DNA from: a virus
Lineage: Duplodnaviria > Caudoviricetes
IMG/VR virus record: IMGVR_UViG_3300049053_000110
Coordinates: 1 to 56,802 of that record
Length of the DNA: 56,802 bases
Reading direction: 5' to 3' (one strand)
Of the stretch, positions 1 through 8,772 are shown in pieces. The notes below the pieces were generated by a model. The model was not told where the DNA came from. It ran no database searches and saw nothing but the letters and a program-made list of their open reading frames with translations. Each line of letters opens with the position of its first letter. The first letter of the stretch is position 1. A program made the position numbers and the translations under genes.

Positions 1-83
1 CAATACATAAATATTTGTAAGCTTTTCGGTGTCGTTTTACAATTCATACACATTTTACTTTGTGTACATCAATTAGTTAAGTG

Positions 84-141
84 TTTTTACATAGATTTTT
101 GTAAAAAGGTGCTTGTTGCTACAAAAATCTTTGTATGTTTG
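84..141 (+). promoter_or_regulatory. Early rightward promoter with operator-like inverted repeats
   Basis: TATGTTTG (134-141) matches the Bacteroidota -7 consensus TAnnTTTG, with TTG at 113-115. Perfect 11-bp IR AGATTTTTGTA (93-103) / TACAAAAATCT (120-130), and TTTTTACA..TGTAAAAA (84-107). Confidence 0.6.
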
Positions 142-173
142 TCATGTCAACGGTAAATCAACACGACAGCAAC

Positions 174-416
174 ATGAAAACAACGGATGAAAATAAAATA
201 AAAACACAACTTGACCAAGCAAACGAGCTTTTGAAGGAATTGGCTATCAATGTGACTTCAGAGGATAAGAAAGAAGCTGAAAAAAAATACTCCAGGTTTA
301 CCATAGCTACTTATCTCAAAGGTGAAGCTAAAGATTTAGACATCGCCGTTGATCTAATCGGAATATTCAAAAAGAGGATACAGGAAAGAGACAAGCTTTT
401 AAAAAAGGCGGTATAA
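174..416 (+). CDS. Cro-like small DNA-binding protein
   Basis: First gene after the early promoter; HTH-like segment YSRFTIATYLKG. ATG 174 is preferred because ATG 135 overlaps the -7 box. Confidence 0.55.
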   Translation: MKTTDENKIKTQLDQANELLKELAINVTSEDKKEAEKKYSRFTIATYLKGEAKDLDIAVDLIGIFKKRIQERDKLLKKAV

Positions 417-503
417 AGGAAAGTATTGTAAAACAAAAATTTTCATAAATCGGTGTTTTGTTAATGTGAATTAACGGTTACGCACACACTAAATCTAACT
501 GAC

Positions 504-764
504 ATGAGACAAAAAGCTCTTAATACGCTGTACTATTTGGTATGCAATTATGCAATGGTTGTTTTCTGCCTGGTTGCTTTTGTTAGCTTCTTTCTTCTGC
601 TATATAACATTTATGATTTAGCAGTAATGGAGTTGCAAAGAGTAGATAAGTCCGAAGATGTAACGGTTGAAAAAGTAGTCATCTGTGTTGCTGGTGGCAG
701 ATACATACAAGTGCAGGTTGTAAGGAAGATGAAGCGGGTAAAAAACAAAATCGCTGGACTTTGA
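504..764 (+). CDS. Hypothetical protein (start uncertain; 628 possible)
   Basis: ORF track. Confidence 0.4.
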   Translation: MRQKALNTLYYLVCNYAMVVFCLVAFVSFFLLLYNIYDLAVMELQRVDKSEDVTVEKVVICVAGGRYIQVQVVRKMKRVKNKIAGL

Positions 765-922
765 AAGTAGTGGTAAACAATATTAGTGATCGTGAAAAGC
801 AAGTAAAACGCTTATCGGAAATGCTTGTTGAAAAATGGAATGCACAACCGGTAAGGCGCCGCATAAAAAAAGCGAACACGGGAAATGTTCGCTCTAATTC
901 TTAACTGACAAATTAAAAAGAC

Positions 923-1252
923 ATGGCAAAGGTAAACGTTTTTGAAATCACTTACTACAAAGACGACTTGGCATATCTCTCCAAGTATGCTCTTAAATAC
1001 GAAATCATTGAAACCATAGATGAAAAAATTGGCTTCCTGCGCATTCGCATAGAGCTCAATTCTAACTATGATCTTACCTGCTTTGCAGTGGCTAACAGCG
1101 AATGTGGTTTTGATAAAGGCAAAGCGCAGTGGTTAAAAGGTCGCCTGGTTGTTGTTGATGCAAACCCCGCAATTGAGCAATCAATTGATGATAAAATTTT
1201 CAAAACAGATTTTCAAAACGAAATTTTTCAAAGGGAGGTTTCAAATGTATAA
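923..1252 (+). CDS. Hypothetical protein
   Basis: ORF with A-rich leader, overlapping the next gene. Confidence 0.65.
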   Translation: MAKVNVFEITYYKDDLAYLSKYALKYEIIETIDEKIGFLRIRIELNSNYDLTCFAVANSECGFDKGKAQWLKGRLVVVDANPAIEQSIDDKIFKTDFQNEIFQREVSNV

Positions 1253-1544
1253 CGAAGTAATAGCAATGATCGCTGAGATCAAGGGCAACGGAACACTTCT
1301 TTTTAATGAGCCCGTGACCGTTCGGGTATCAGATAATGCTTTTCCTCTTGAAATATACGGGCTTGGTGTGTCGCCTAAAAAAGAATTGCACATAATGACA
1401 TTGCGAGACGATGGCCGCGGTAAGCCTATGGAGTGGTGGGATAAGATGGAGCCTACGGATGCAAATATTGATAAGTTATTGCCCGCTATCAATAAGAGAG
1501 TGCAATTAATCTACGGACAGGCTGTAAAACCAATGGCTGTATGA
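1245..1544 (+). CDS. Hypothetical protein
   Basis: ATG 1245 coupled to the upstream stop. Confidence 0.65.
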   Translation: MYNEVIAMIAEIKGNGTLLFNEPVTVRVSDNAFPLEIYGLGVSPKKELHIMTLRDDGRGKPMEWWDKMEPTDANIDKLLPAINKRVQLIYGQAVKPMAV

Positions 1545-1673
1545 AAGTACATGCGATCCCATACATGCGACTGGTTAGGACTTGGGCAAAGGAAAGGCGG
1601 TTAAGGTTTTTAACATGGGAGCAAATGTGTATCGCTAGAAGACTTTACGAATGCGAAAGAAATAACTAAGTGT

Positions 1674-1973
1674 ATGACAGATCAAAAATTAAAAGCCATA
1701 ACCTGGTTAAGCATCACACTGATAACAATTGCTCTTTGGACTACTGTAGCTGTTTTGATTTTCGGTTGTGCAATATGTCCTCCTGGTAGTGACCCGAAAA
1801 ATATTCAGAGGTGGGAGCACAAACACAAATTCAGAGTTGAACGAATTAAAGAGAAGAAAGGTGTTTATGTGGTGAAGTTCAGAAAGAAAGTTGCACTGCA
1901 ACCAACATTTGAGAAGCGGGTTTACGAATGCCTTCCCGACTCTATCAAGGTTGGCAAAGAAGTTCTTTTATGA
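1674..1973 (+). CDS. Hypothetical membrane-anchored protein
   Basis: N-terminal hydrophobic helix. Confidence 0.6.
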   Translation: MTDQKLKAITWLSITLITIALWTTVAVLIFGCAICPPGSDPKNIQRWEHKHKFRVERIKEKKGVYVVKFRKKVALQPTFEKRVYECLPDSIKVGKEVLL

Positions 1974-2000
1974 TAGTGTTCATATTAATAATCGTAGGGC

Positions 2001-2315
2001 TTGCTTATGCAGTCCTATGGCCACCAAAAAACTGGTTTCCTTATGGGAAGGGTAAACATCGAACTAATACTAAATGCAGAAGAAAGAAAAATCTATCTGC
2101 TACTAAAAACCGTGAAGGGGCAAAGCCCGTATGCTATCAAGTGCAGAATGATAAAGACAAAAGAAGAGTTGTATCAAATGATCAACCATTTCTATCAGCA
2201 ATCAAAAACCAGTTTCTGGCTAACTGAGGAAATAATTGGCAAGACAGCCTTAGAGTCTGTGATTGCCTTTAAAGGAGCTATGGCCTTGGATGGCCAACCA
2301 GCGACAGTCAGTTAA
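2001..2315 (+). CDS. Hypothetical protein (start uncertain)
   Basis: ORF track; ends just before a terminator. Confidence 0.45.
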   Translation: MLMQSYGHQKTGFLMGRVNIELILNAEERKIYLLLKTVKGQSPYAIKCRMIKTKEELYQMINHFYQQSKTSFWLTEEIIGKTALESVIAFKGAMALDGQPATVS

Positions 2316-2325
2316 GATTTAGTAC

Positions 2326-2355
2326 GGCCTTGTATTTCTATACCGAGGCCTTTTT
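2326..2355 (+). terminator. Rho-independent terminator
   Basis: GGCCT..AGGCC stem followed by a T-tract. Confidence 0.55.
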
Positions 2356-2410
2356 AAAACAGTTCTTAAAGTTTCTCATATACCTCTTCTTACGTTGAGG
2401 TTAATAATGG

Positions 2411-2438
2411 AAAACCTCCTTGTTCTCAGGGAGGTTTT
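2411..2438 (+). terminator. Rho-independent terminator
   Basis: AAAACCTCCT..GGGAGGTTTT hairpin. Confidence 0.5.
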
Positions 2439-2451
2439 AAAAACAGAAAAA

Positions 2452-2467
2452 AGTTCTTTGAAATAAT
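2452..2467 (+). promoter_or_regulatory. boxA-like antitermination motif
   Basis: AGTTCTTTGAAATAAT; identical 16-mer at 17973-17988. Confidence 0.45.
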
Positions 2468-2587
2468 TGCGTGGCTACGGAGCAAGTAAATATGACGTAG
2501 CAAACCGGCCTTACCAACTAGAGAGAGTTTACAACAATTGTTTGGTGGAAAAATCATGCTTGTCATGCATAGGCCGGTTAAACTCTT

Positions 2588-2633
2588 TGACCGTTAGCCT
2601 TGGAGGTCACTAATATGACAAGGCTAACGGTCA
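2588..2633. repeat. 15-bp perfect inverted repeat
   Basis: TGACCGTTAGCCTTG / CAAGGCTAACGGTCA with a 16-nt loop. Confidence 0.85.
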
Positions 2634-2683
2634 CACAAAGTTTAAGGGAAACAGGAATGCACTTAGATGTGTGGCGGTTAAAC

Positions 2684-2778
2684 GATGGGGTGGCGAAATG
2701 GTAGCCGCTGCCGATGGCCTTCGGCGATAACAAAGAAAGGTATCACTGTTAATTCGGGTTCGAATCCTGACCCCATCA
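2684..2778 (+). tRNA. Atypical tRNA-like RNA (6-nt anticodon loop, long extra arm)
   Basis: Acceptor GATGGGG/CCCCATC plus A; D-arm TGGCGAAATGGTAG; T-arm TCGGG-TTCGAAT-CCTGA; stem GCCGA/TCGGC with loop TGGCCT; no encoded CCA. Confidence 0.55.
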
Positions 2779-2981
2779 CAACCTTTCAGAGAGTGGATCG
2801 ATTGCCCTTGTGAAATTCCTGGGCTCGTGTACAGACAAGACTCTGTACTAATCGCAATGCCAACAATAAGCAGTCTTGTGAGGCGTGCGAGGGTAAGGAT
2901 TCAAGATGCTATCCCTTGCCGGTGGAGGAGAAATAACGGGAACCGGCTTTTTAAAAGTTCTTACTAACCCAAGCATAAATC

Positions 2982-3014
2982 AAAGAGGCTGACAGTAAAG
3001 CCAGCCTCTTTTTT
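2982..3014 (+). terminator. Rho-independent terminator
   Basis: AGAGGCTG..CAGCCTCT followed by a T-tract. Confidence 0.65.
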
Positions 3015-3057
3015 CAATCAGGAAATTTTTTAATCGATAAATCAAAATTACAGCAAA

Positions 3058-4020
3058 ATGCCCATTTTAAAACAATCAGAACCGTTACCGAAAAGGCCGG
3101 TAATCATTTTAATTTATGGCGAACCTGGTATTGGTAAAACTTCTCTTGCCAATACATCTCATGAGCCTTTACTTATCGACTTCGACAGAGGTAAGGACCG
3201 TGCAATTTTCAGAAAGGACACCCTTGTAGTAAACAAGTGGGAAGATGTGGAAGTTGAAGAGAAAGCAGGAACATTCGCCGGTTACAAAACGATCATCATT
3301 GATACCGCAAAAGCGGCGCTCGATGATTTTTTAATGAGCTACGTGGTGAAGAAAGATTATAAGAATGCGAAAAACAAACTTGCTGCTTATGGTGCTATTG
3401 GTGACGACTTTAAAATATTTGTTTCCAACCGCAGGAGCGAAGATGCGGACATTGTTATTGTCGCACACTCCAAAGATGATAAAGACGGAGAGGTGATAAA
3501 AAAGATACCCGATGTAACGGGCGGCTCTTATCAATTGCTTTTACGCATTGCTGACCAGGTGGGCTATATGAGCATGAAGAACAATAAGCGCACTATCCAA
3601 TGGGAGCCTACGGATAACACCATTGGTAAAAATGTAGCTCGTTTGGGTGTGACAGAAATTCCAGGCGAATCAGATCCAGCAGTGAAAAGTTTAATGGCTA
3701 AAATTATCGACACGGTTAAAAATTCTATTTGCGCAATCTCTGAGGCGCAGAATGAAGCGATACAAAAGGGTGAAAAGATCACGGCTGAAATAGAGGCCTG
3801 CAAATCTCCTGATGATTTGACATTGATACTCCCTACAGTGAATGCGTTACCCAAGGTTCAGAAAGAACCACTCCGGTTGAAGATTGCTGCAAAACAAAAA
3901 GCGCAAGGGTGGGAGTGGAATAAAGAGGAGTCGAAATTTTTTGACCCGAAAGCGAAGCAAGCGTCACTCGTCGATCCAGAGCCAGCGGAAACCCAACAGG
4001 AAGAGGAGTTACAGTTCTAA
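3058..4020 (+). CDS. Sak4-like (AAA_24) single-strand annealing ATPase
   Basis: Walker A GEPGIGKT, LLIDFDRG, Walker B IIIDT; phage recombination context. Confidence 0.8.
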   Translation: MPILKQSEPLPKRPVIILIYGEPGIGKTSLANTSHEPLLIDFDRGKDRAIFRKDTLVVNKWEDVEVEEKAGTFAGYKTIIIDTAKAALDDFLMSYVVKKDYKNAKNKLAAYGAIGDDFKIFVSNRRSEDADIVIVAHSKDDKDGEVIKKIPDVTGGSYQLLLRIADQVGYMSMKNNKRTIQWEPTDNTIGKNVARLGVTEIPGESDPAVKSLMAKIIDTVKNSICAISEAQNEAIQKGEKITAEIEACKSPDDLTLILPTVNALPKVQKEPLRLKIAAKQKAQGWEWNKEESKFFDPKAKQASLVDPEPAETQQEEELQF

Positions 4021-4049
4021 ACAAAATCATTCACTGCAAAAAAATCAAA

Positions 4050-4907
4050 ATGGAAACAATTGAAAAAGCTGACCTGCTAGATGATGCCCCGCAGGTTATT
4101 AATGCAGACTTACGCAAGTTTAATCGCACGGAGCAAATGGTTACTAAGGCAGTAACCGAGCTCGCAAAATATACTGTCATTGTTGACATGCAAACATGCA
4201 ACGCAGCAATGGAAGCACTTAGAGAAGCAAAGGAGGTAGAGAAGGCAATTGAAAAAAAACGTGAGGAGTTGGGCAAACCTTTTTTTGATGCAAAGAAAAA
4301 AATTGATGCCAAGGCAAAGGAAATTGTTGCCAAACTTCCTGATGCTATTGTAACAACCAAACAAGCCGTTCTCGCATTTCAGCAGGCAGAAATTAAAAAG
4401 GCTTTGGAAGCCCGAAAGAAAGCCAGGGAAGAGCAATTAGCAGCGCTTGGATTTACTCAGCAACAAGGAGGTTTTGTTTATCCTCATTCATCCGTTGGGA
4501 ATGTAAGCAACTATACCATTGAACATTTTAGCGATGATCAGTGGAGCGGATTAATGACAAGCGTGGTGATGGATATAAAAGCTGCCAATGAATCAAAGAA
4601 GCTGGAATTACAAGACAAATTGGAAGATGTTGAAATGTTTGGCAGTGATGAAGAGGCGCAGGAACTAATCGACACTATTCAAAACATGGAGTTGGAAACA
4701 TCGGTTATTCAAACTACAATCGTTGCCGCTCCTGCTAAAGTAAAAGGCATTACAAAGCGGTGGGTGTTTGAGCTTGTGAATCTTAAAGAGGTTCCGGTGG
4801 AATACCTGCAGGTTAATGAAACTGCTATCCGTGAAGCAATTGCAAAAGGCACTCGCTTAATTCCAGGTATCAAAATTTTTCAACAGGAAAGTTTAAGTAT
4901 TAGATAA
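4050..4907 (+). CDS. Coiled-coil protein with Gp157/Gam-like C-terminus
   Basis: Coiled-coil N-terminus; C-terminal VPVEYLQVNETAIREAI..IPG motif. Confidence 0.55.
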   Translation: METIEKADLLDDAPQVINADLRKFNRTEQMVTKAVTELAKYTVIVDMQTCNAAMEALREAKEVEKAIEKKREELGKPFFDAKKKIDAKAKEIVAKLPDAIVTTKQAVLAFQQAEIKKALEARKKAREEQLAALGFTQQQGGFVYPHSSVGNVSNYTIEHFSDDQWSGLMTSVVMDIKAANESKKLELQDKLEDVEMFGSDEEAQELIDTIQNMELETSVIQTTIVAAPAKVKGITKRWVFELVNLKEVPVEYLQVNETAIREAIAKGTRLIPGIKIFQQESLSIR

Positions 4908-5281
4908 TGGAACTAAAAGATTATCTGCATTTGTATTTAGGATGTGACGGCGAGTTGTTGTCTAAGAAACCCTATGGTTCGCCAAAGAGAACTATTATTA
5001 AGTTAAGCGCCGAACTGTTGGATAGGCTTGAAAAATTGCCTTCCATGCACTCGTTCAGGCCTATCCTTCGTCCATTAAGTGATATGACAGAGGTGGAGGC
5101 AACTGAGTTAGAAGCCATTCGCGGAATAGACAAAAAAATTCCATGTCCACACTTCAACAACATTCACCAAACAAAGCATGGTGAGCAATTAAGGTATCTA
5201 CTATCAAAGCGCTTTGATTTGTTTGGCCTTATTGAATCTGGCCTTGCCATTGATAAAACAAAGGAGGCTACTCATGTATAG
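4907..5281 (+). CDS. Hypothetical phage protein
   Basis: Coupled ORF; LRPLSDMT motif. Confidence 0.7.
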   Translation: MELKDYLHLYLGCDGELLSKKPYGSPKRTIIKLSAELLDRLEKLPSMHSFRPILRPLSDMTEVEATELEAIRGIDKKIPCPHFNNIHQTKHGEQLRYLLSKRFDLFGLIESGLAIDKTKEATHV

Positions 5282-5966
5282 AGTATCAGTAACCACAATT
5301 GAAAAATTTCGTCGTTTCATGGTGGGCCTTACCTCATTCGATACAGAGGAGGCTTTGCTTGAATGCATAAAGGGTGTGTTCAAAGGCACGCCCAAAACTT
5401 CTTTCGGTGGAGCATATCACATAATCATTGAAGGGCAAAGTAAGCCATGCGTTTTAACTAAAAGCCAATACGCCGGTGATTATGTATTTACAGAAAAACA
5501 GGCAGCGCCGGCGCTCGAATATCGCAAGGCTCATCCAAGCATGGTGCATGAAATGAATGTGCGCAAGGTGTATGAAACTACATACATGCCCATCCAGGTA
5601 ACGGGTAGGGTAGATGCAGTGGAAGGCCTTTCGGTGCGTGATGCTAAATGTAAGTTCCGTGCGCCTGATTGGGAGGAGTATATCGATAGCTGTCAATGGA
5701 AGTTTTATCTCGACATGCTGGATGCAGAAATTTTCTGTTACGATGTGTTTGAAATAAAAGGGTTCAAGGAAGATGATTATTGTAAAAATCATTTGTTCCC
5801 TGATGTTCAGGTTTTAGGTCCTGAAACACTCGAATGCATTCGCTTCGCAGGCATGGAGCATCAACTTACAAATCTGCTTAACCTGTTTATGGGTTATGTC
5901 GTTAACCGTGACCTCTTCCAATATTTAAAACCGGCGATTGATGCCAACAAACTACCATTTGACTAA
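5274..5966 (+). CDS. PD-(D/E)XK exonuclease-like protein
   Basis: GRVD..RDAK..QWKFY motif order; near the Sak4-like gene. Confidence 0.7.
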   Translation: MYRVSVTTIEKFRRFMVGLTSFDTEEALLECIKGVFKGTPKTSFGGAYHIIIEGQSKPCVLTKSQYAGDYVFTEKQAAPALEYRKAHPSMVHEMNVRKVYETTYMPIQVTGRVDAVEGLSVRDAKCKFRAPDWEEYIDSCQWKFYLDMLDAEIFCYDVFEIKGFKEDDYCKNHLFPDVQVLGPETLECIRFAGMEHQLTNLLNLFMGYVVNRDLFQYLKPAIDANKLPFD

Positions 5967-6181
5967 TGGCATTAGTGGATTTGCAAAATAGAGTGATTTG
6001 GCAAAAGGCAGAACGTTCGGAATATCCGACTACCGAGTATGGGCATGTGAGAGAAGAGTTGAAGTATAAAATTCATCACAACGGTTTCTTTTATTTCTTA
6101 TATGAGTGGAGTGAAGCAAGGTGGAAGTATCGTGACCTTTTTGTTACTGTAAAGGATTTGAAAGAAAGATATCGTTATTAA
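5966..6181 (+). CDS. Hypothetical protein
   Basis: Coupled ORF. Confidence 0.6.
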   Translation: MALVDLQNRVIWQKAERSEYPTTEYGHVREELKYKIHHNGFFYFLYEWSEARWKYRDLFVTVKDLKERYRY

Positions 6182-6191
6182 ATCGTGAGCT

Positions 6192-6644
6192 ATGACACAA
6201 TTCCTATGCACAAAAACTGCCGGTAGCATTAAGGTTCTTTTCGGCCAAAAGTTCCGGCAGGAGCTTATGCAAATGAAAGACGGTGAGTACTGGCTTGTAC
6301 TGAAACGTAAAGGCAAAAGAAGCTCTCAGCAAAATAGATATATGTGGGGTGTTGTCATATCCATGATCACAAGCCACCTGATACACTTAGGCAATGATGT
6401 GAACGACGAAGTGGTACACGAATGGTTAAAGCTAAAATTCAATCCGCAATACCTGTATGGTGAGAATGGCGAAGTGCTCGACACGCTGCCCGGTTCTACC
6501 GCTGATATGAATTTAGAACAGATGATTGCCTACTTGGATAAAATCATTGCATGGGCATGGCATCAATTCAAATTACATATACCGCCACCTGATGAAATAC
6601 AGATGGCAGAGATACGGGAAATGACTCAAAAGAATGTGGCGTGA
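6192..6644 (+). CDS. NinB-like recombination protein
   Basis: RSSQQNRYMWG and STADMN..M..YLDKI..WA motifs. Confidence 0.65.
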   Translation: MTQFLCTKTAGSIKVLFGQKFRQELMQMKDGEYWLVLKRKGKRSSQQNRYMWGVVISMITSHLIHLGNDVNDEVVHEWLKLKFNPQYLYGENGEVLDTLPGSTADMNLEQMIAYLDKIIAWAWHQFKLHIPPPDEIQMAEIREMTQKNVA

Positions 6645-6931
6645 CACCTGGAGGCGAATATTTCCTGAGCCAAGATGTTATCGGACCATACAGCGGTAAA
6701 GAGTGGGGCAAGCAGGGTGAAAAAGTAAGGCTCATTTCAATAAGTGGAACAATGGCAATAGTGAAAAGAGACAAGGATAAAGAAGGCTTTCTGATGTGAG
6801 CTGAGTGGTTGACAAGCAACAAACCGGCGATAGTGAAAGCGGTGGAGGAAATAAAAGAAGAAACTACAGAGCGCACATTGCTCTATAGTGAAAGAGGGAA
6901 AAAGAAACCAACAAATTCAAAACTTTTTTAA
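6641..6931 (+). pseudogene. Small ORF interrupted by an in-frame TGA (6797-6799)
   Basis: GTG start coupled to the upstream stop; the same frame stays open for 43 codons after the TGA, to TAA 6929-6931. Confidence 0.45.
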
Positions 6932-6952
6932 AACCTAAACAATACAATTTTT

Positions 6953-7633
6953 ATGGAAGAAGTATCTAAAAACGATGTGCTCAAGGTGCTGCAAAATTGC
7001 ACCGTCGATGGATCACGCATTGTTCTACCAAGCGAACCAATGGACGGCGTGATGTACGATGCAATGAAAAAACTTTTTAAAGAAAATGGTGCCTCGCCTG
7101 TTCGCGGCAAGAAAGGAACTTTTGAGTTCGAGGTCGGCAGTGTTGGCGCTCAATCCACGCTGGAGGTTTTGATTGATCAGTACAGCGAAGCAGGCGACGA
7201 AAATTTGCATGCGCACGAGGAGCAAGAGGAAGAGCAACCAAAAGAAAAAAAGCTATTGCCTAAAAAAGAGAAGCGCACCCTCAAGTATGAATTTACCGAG
7301 CATGAAAAACACGACCTCTCCAGCCAACTTGCACAAGCATGTAAAAAATTGCAGGCTATCGAAGATGAAAAGTCCTCCGTTACTTCTCAGTACACCGCCC
7401 GCATTAAAGAGGTTCGTGCATCGCTGAACAAAATTTCTGAACTGGTTGCTAATGGCTTTGAGTACAGAGACACCGAGACAGAAGTTATGTATCACTCGCC
7501 TTCGCAGTTTATGAAAACCATTAAGCGCCTGGACACCGATTATGTGTGGACTGAGAAAATGGACCCGTGGGAGCACAACTTGTTTAATCAGCCGGAAGAA
7601 GAGGAAGAGGAATTAGTGGAGGAGGAGGCGTAA
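6953..7633 (+). CDS. Hypothetical two-domain phage protein
   Basis: 226-aa ORF with acidic linker and coiled-coil C-terminal part. Confidence 0.7.
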   Translation: MEEVSKNDVLKVLQNCTVDGSRIVLPSEPMDGVMYDAMKKLFKENGASPVRGKKGTFEFEVGSVGAQSTLEVLIDQYSEAGDENLHAHEEQEEEQPKEKKLLPKKEKRTLKYEFTEHEKHDLSSQLAQACKKLQAIEDEKSSVTSQYTARIKEVRASLNKISELVANGFEYRDTETEVMYHSPSQFMKTIKRLDTDYVWTEKMDPWEHNLFNQPEEEEEELVEEEA

Positions 7634-7636
7634 GCG

Positions 7637-8772
7637 ATGGATCTGAATAAAATTCACCATATCGATGCAAGTAAAGGGGTGTATGATCTGCAACACGGTT
7701 CAATAAATTGCTGCGTATCATCCATCCCTTATTATGGCTTGCGTGATTATGGTGTGCCTAAAACTATGTGGCCGGAAATAACTTATTCTCTTTTTGGTTT
7801 TGATATTACTATTCCTGAAATGGAATGCTGCCTTGGCTTGGAAAAAACGCCAAAGGAATTTGTTGCACACATCGTTCATATCTATAGGGGCATTTGGAAT
7901 GCCTTGGCCGACGATGGCACCAACTGGTTGAATATTGGTGATAGTTATGCAGCAGCTGGCAAAAATCGAACGGAGGAACAAGCTTGTAGAAAATCAAATT
8001 TATCAGGTTCAAAAGGCACTCAGATTTCTTGTTCAAAACAGCCCAACAAAATAGTTGGTGGAGTTAAGGCAAAAGATATGTTAGGCATTCCATGGATGGT
8101 TGCTTTTGCTCTTCGTTCAGCAGGATGGTATTTAAGGCAGGATATTATTTGGCACAAACCCAATCCGATGCCCGAAAGTGTAACAGATCGTTGCACAAAA
8201 GCTCATGAATACATTTTCTTACTAACCAAAAGCAATAAATATTTCTTTGATCAGAAAGCTATCCTGCAGCCATTAGCAGATACAACTGAAATCCGTTTGG
8301 CACAAAATCTATCCGGCCAAAGGCCGGATCAGATCGAGTGCCAGGAAAAACAAATGGACCTATGAAAGCAGTAAGTCGCAAGCATACTGCAAACCCTAAT
8401 CCTAAAGGCAATCAGCAGTCGTTTCACAAAACTGGTCATTCTGGATATGTAGATAATAATGGAAGGGTTTTGGTTAACCTGGATGGCAGCAATAAAAGAA
8501 GTGTGTGGAGTGTTACCGCCAAACCTTTTTCTGAAGCTCACTTCGCAACCTATCCACCTGATTTAATTATTGATTGTATTAAAGCCGGCTGTCCTGTTAA
8601 TGGCGTTGTGCTTGATCCTTTCATGGGCGCCGGCACTACAGCATTAGTTGCTGCGAAGCTCAATAGAAATTTTATCGGCTTCGAACTTAATGCTGATTAC
8701 ATCAAAATAGCAAACAAAAGATTGAAGAAAGAATTAGGCATGTTCCATCCAGATAATACAAAAATTACGTGA
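7637..8772 (+). pseudogene. DNA N4-C/N6-A methyltransferase split by a -1 frameshift (7637-8365 and 8338-8772)
   Basis: N-half: SSIPYYGLRDY (SPPY-like), WHKPNPMPESV. C-half: HFATYP, VLDPFMGAGTT. Confidence 0.8.
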
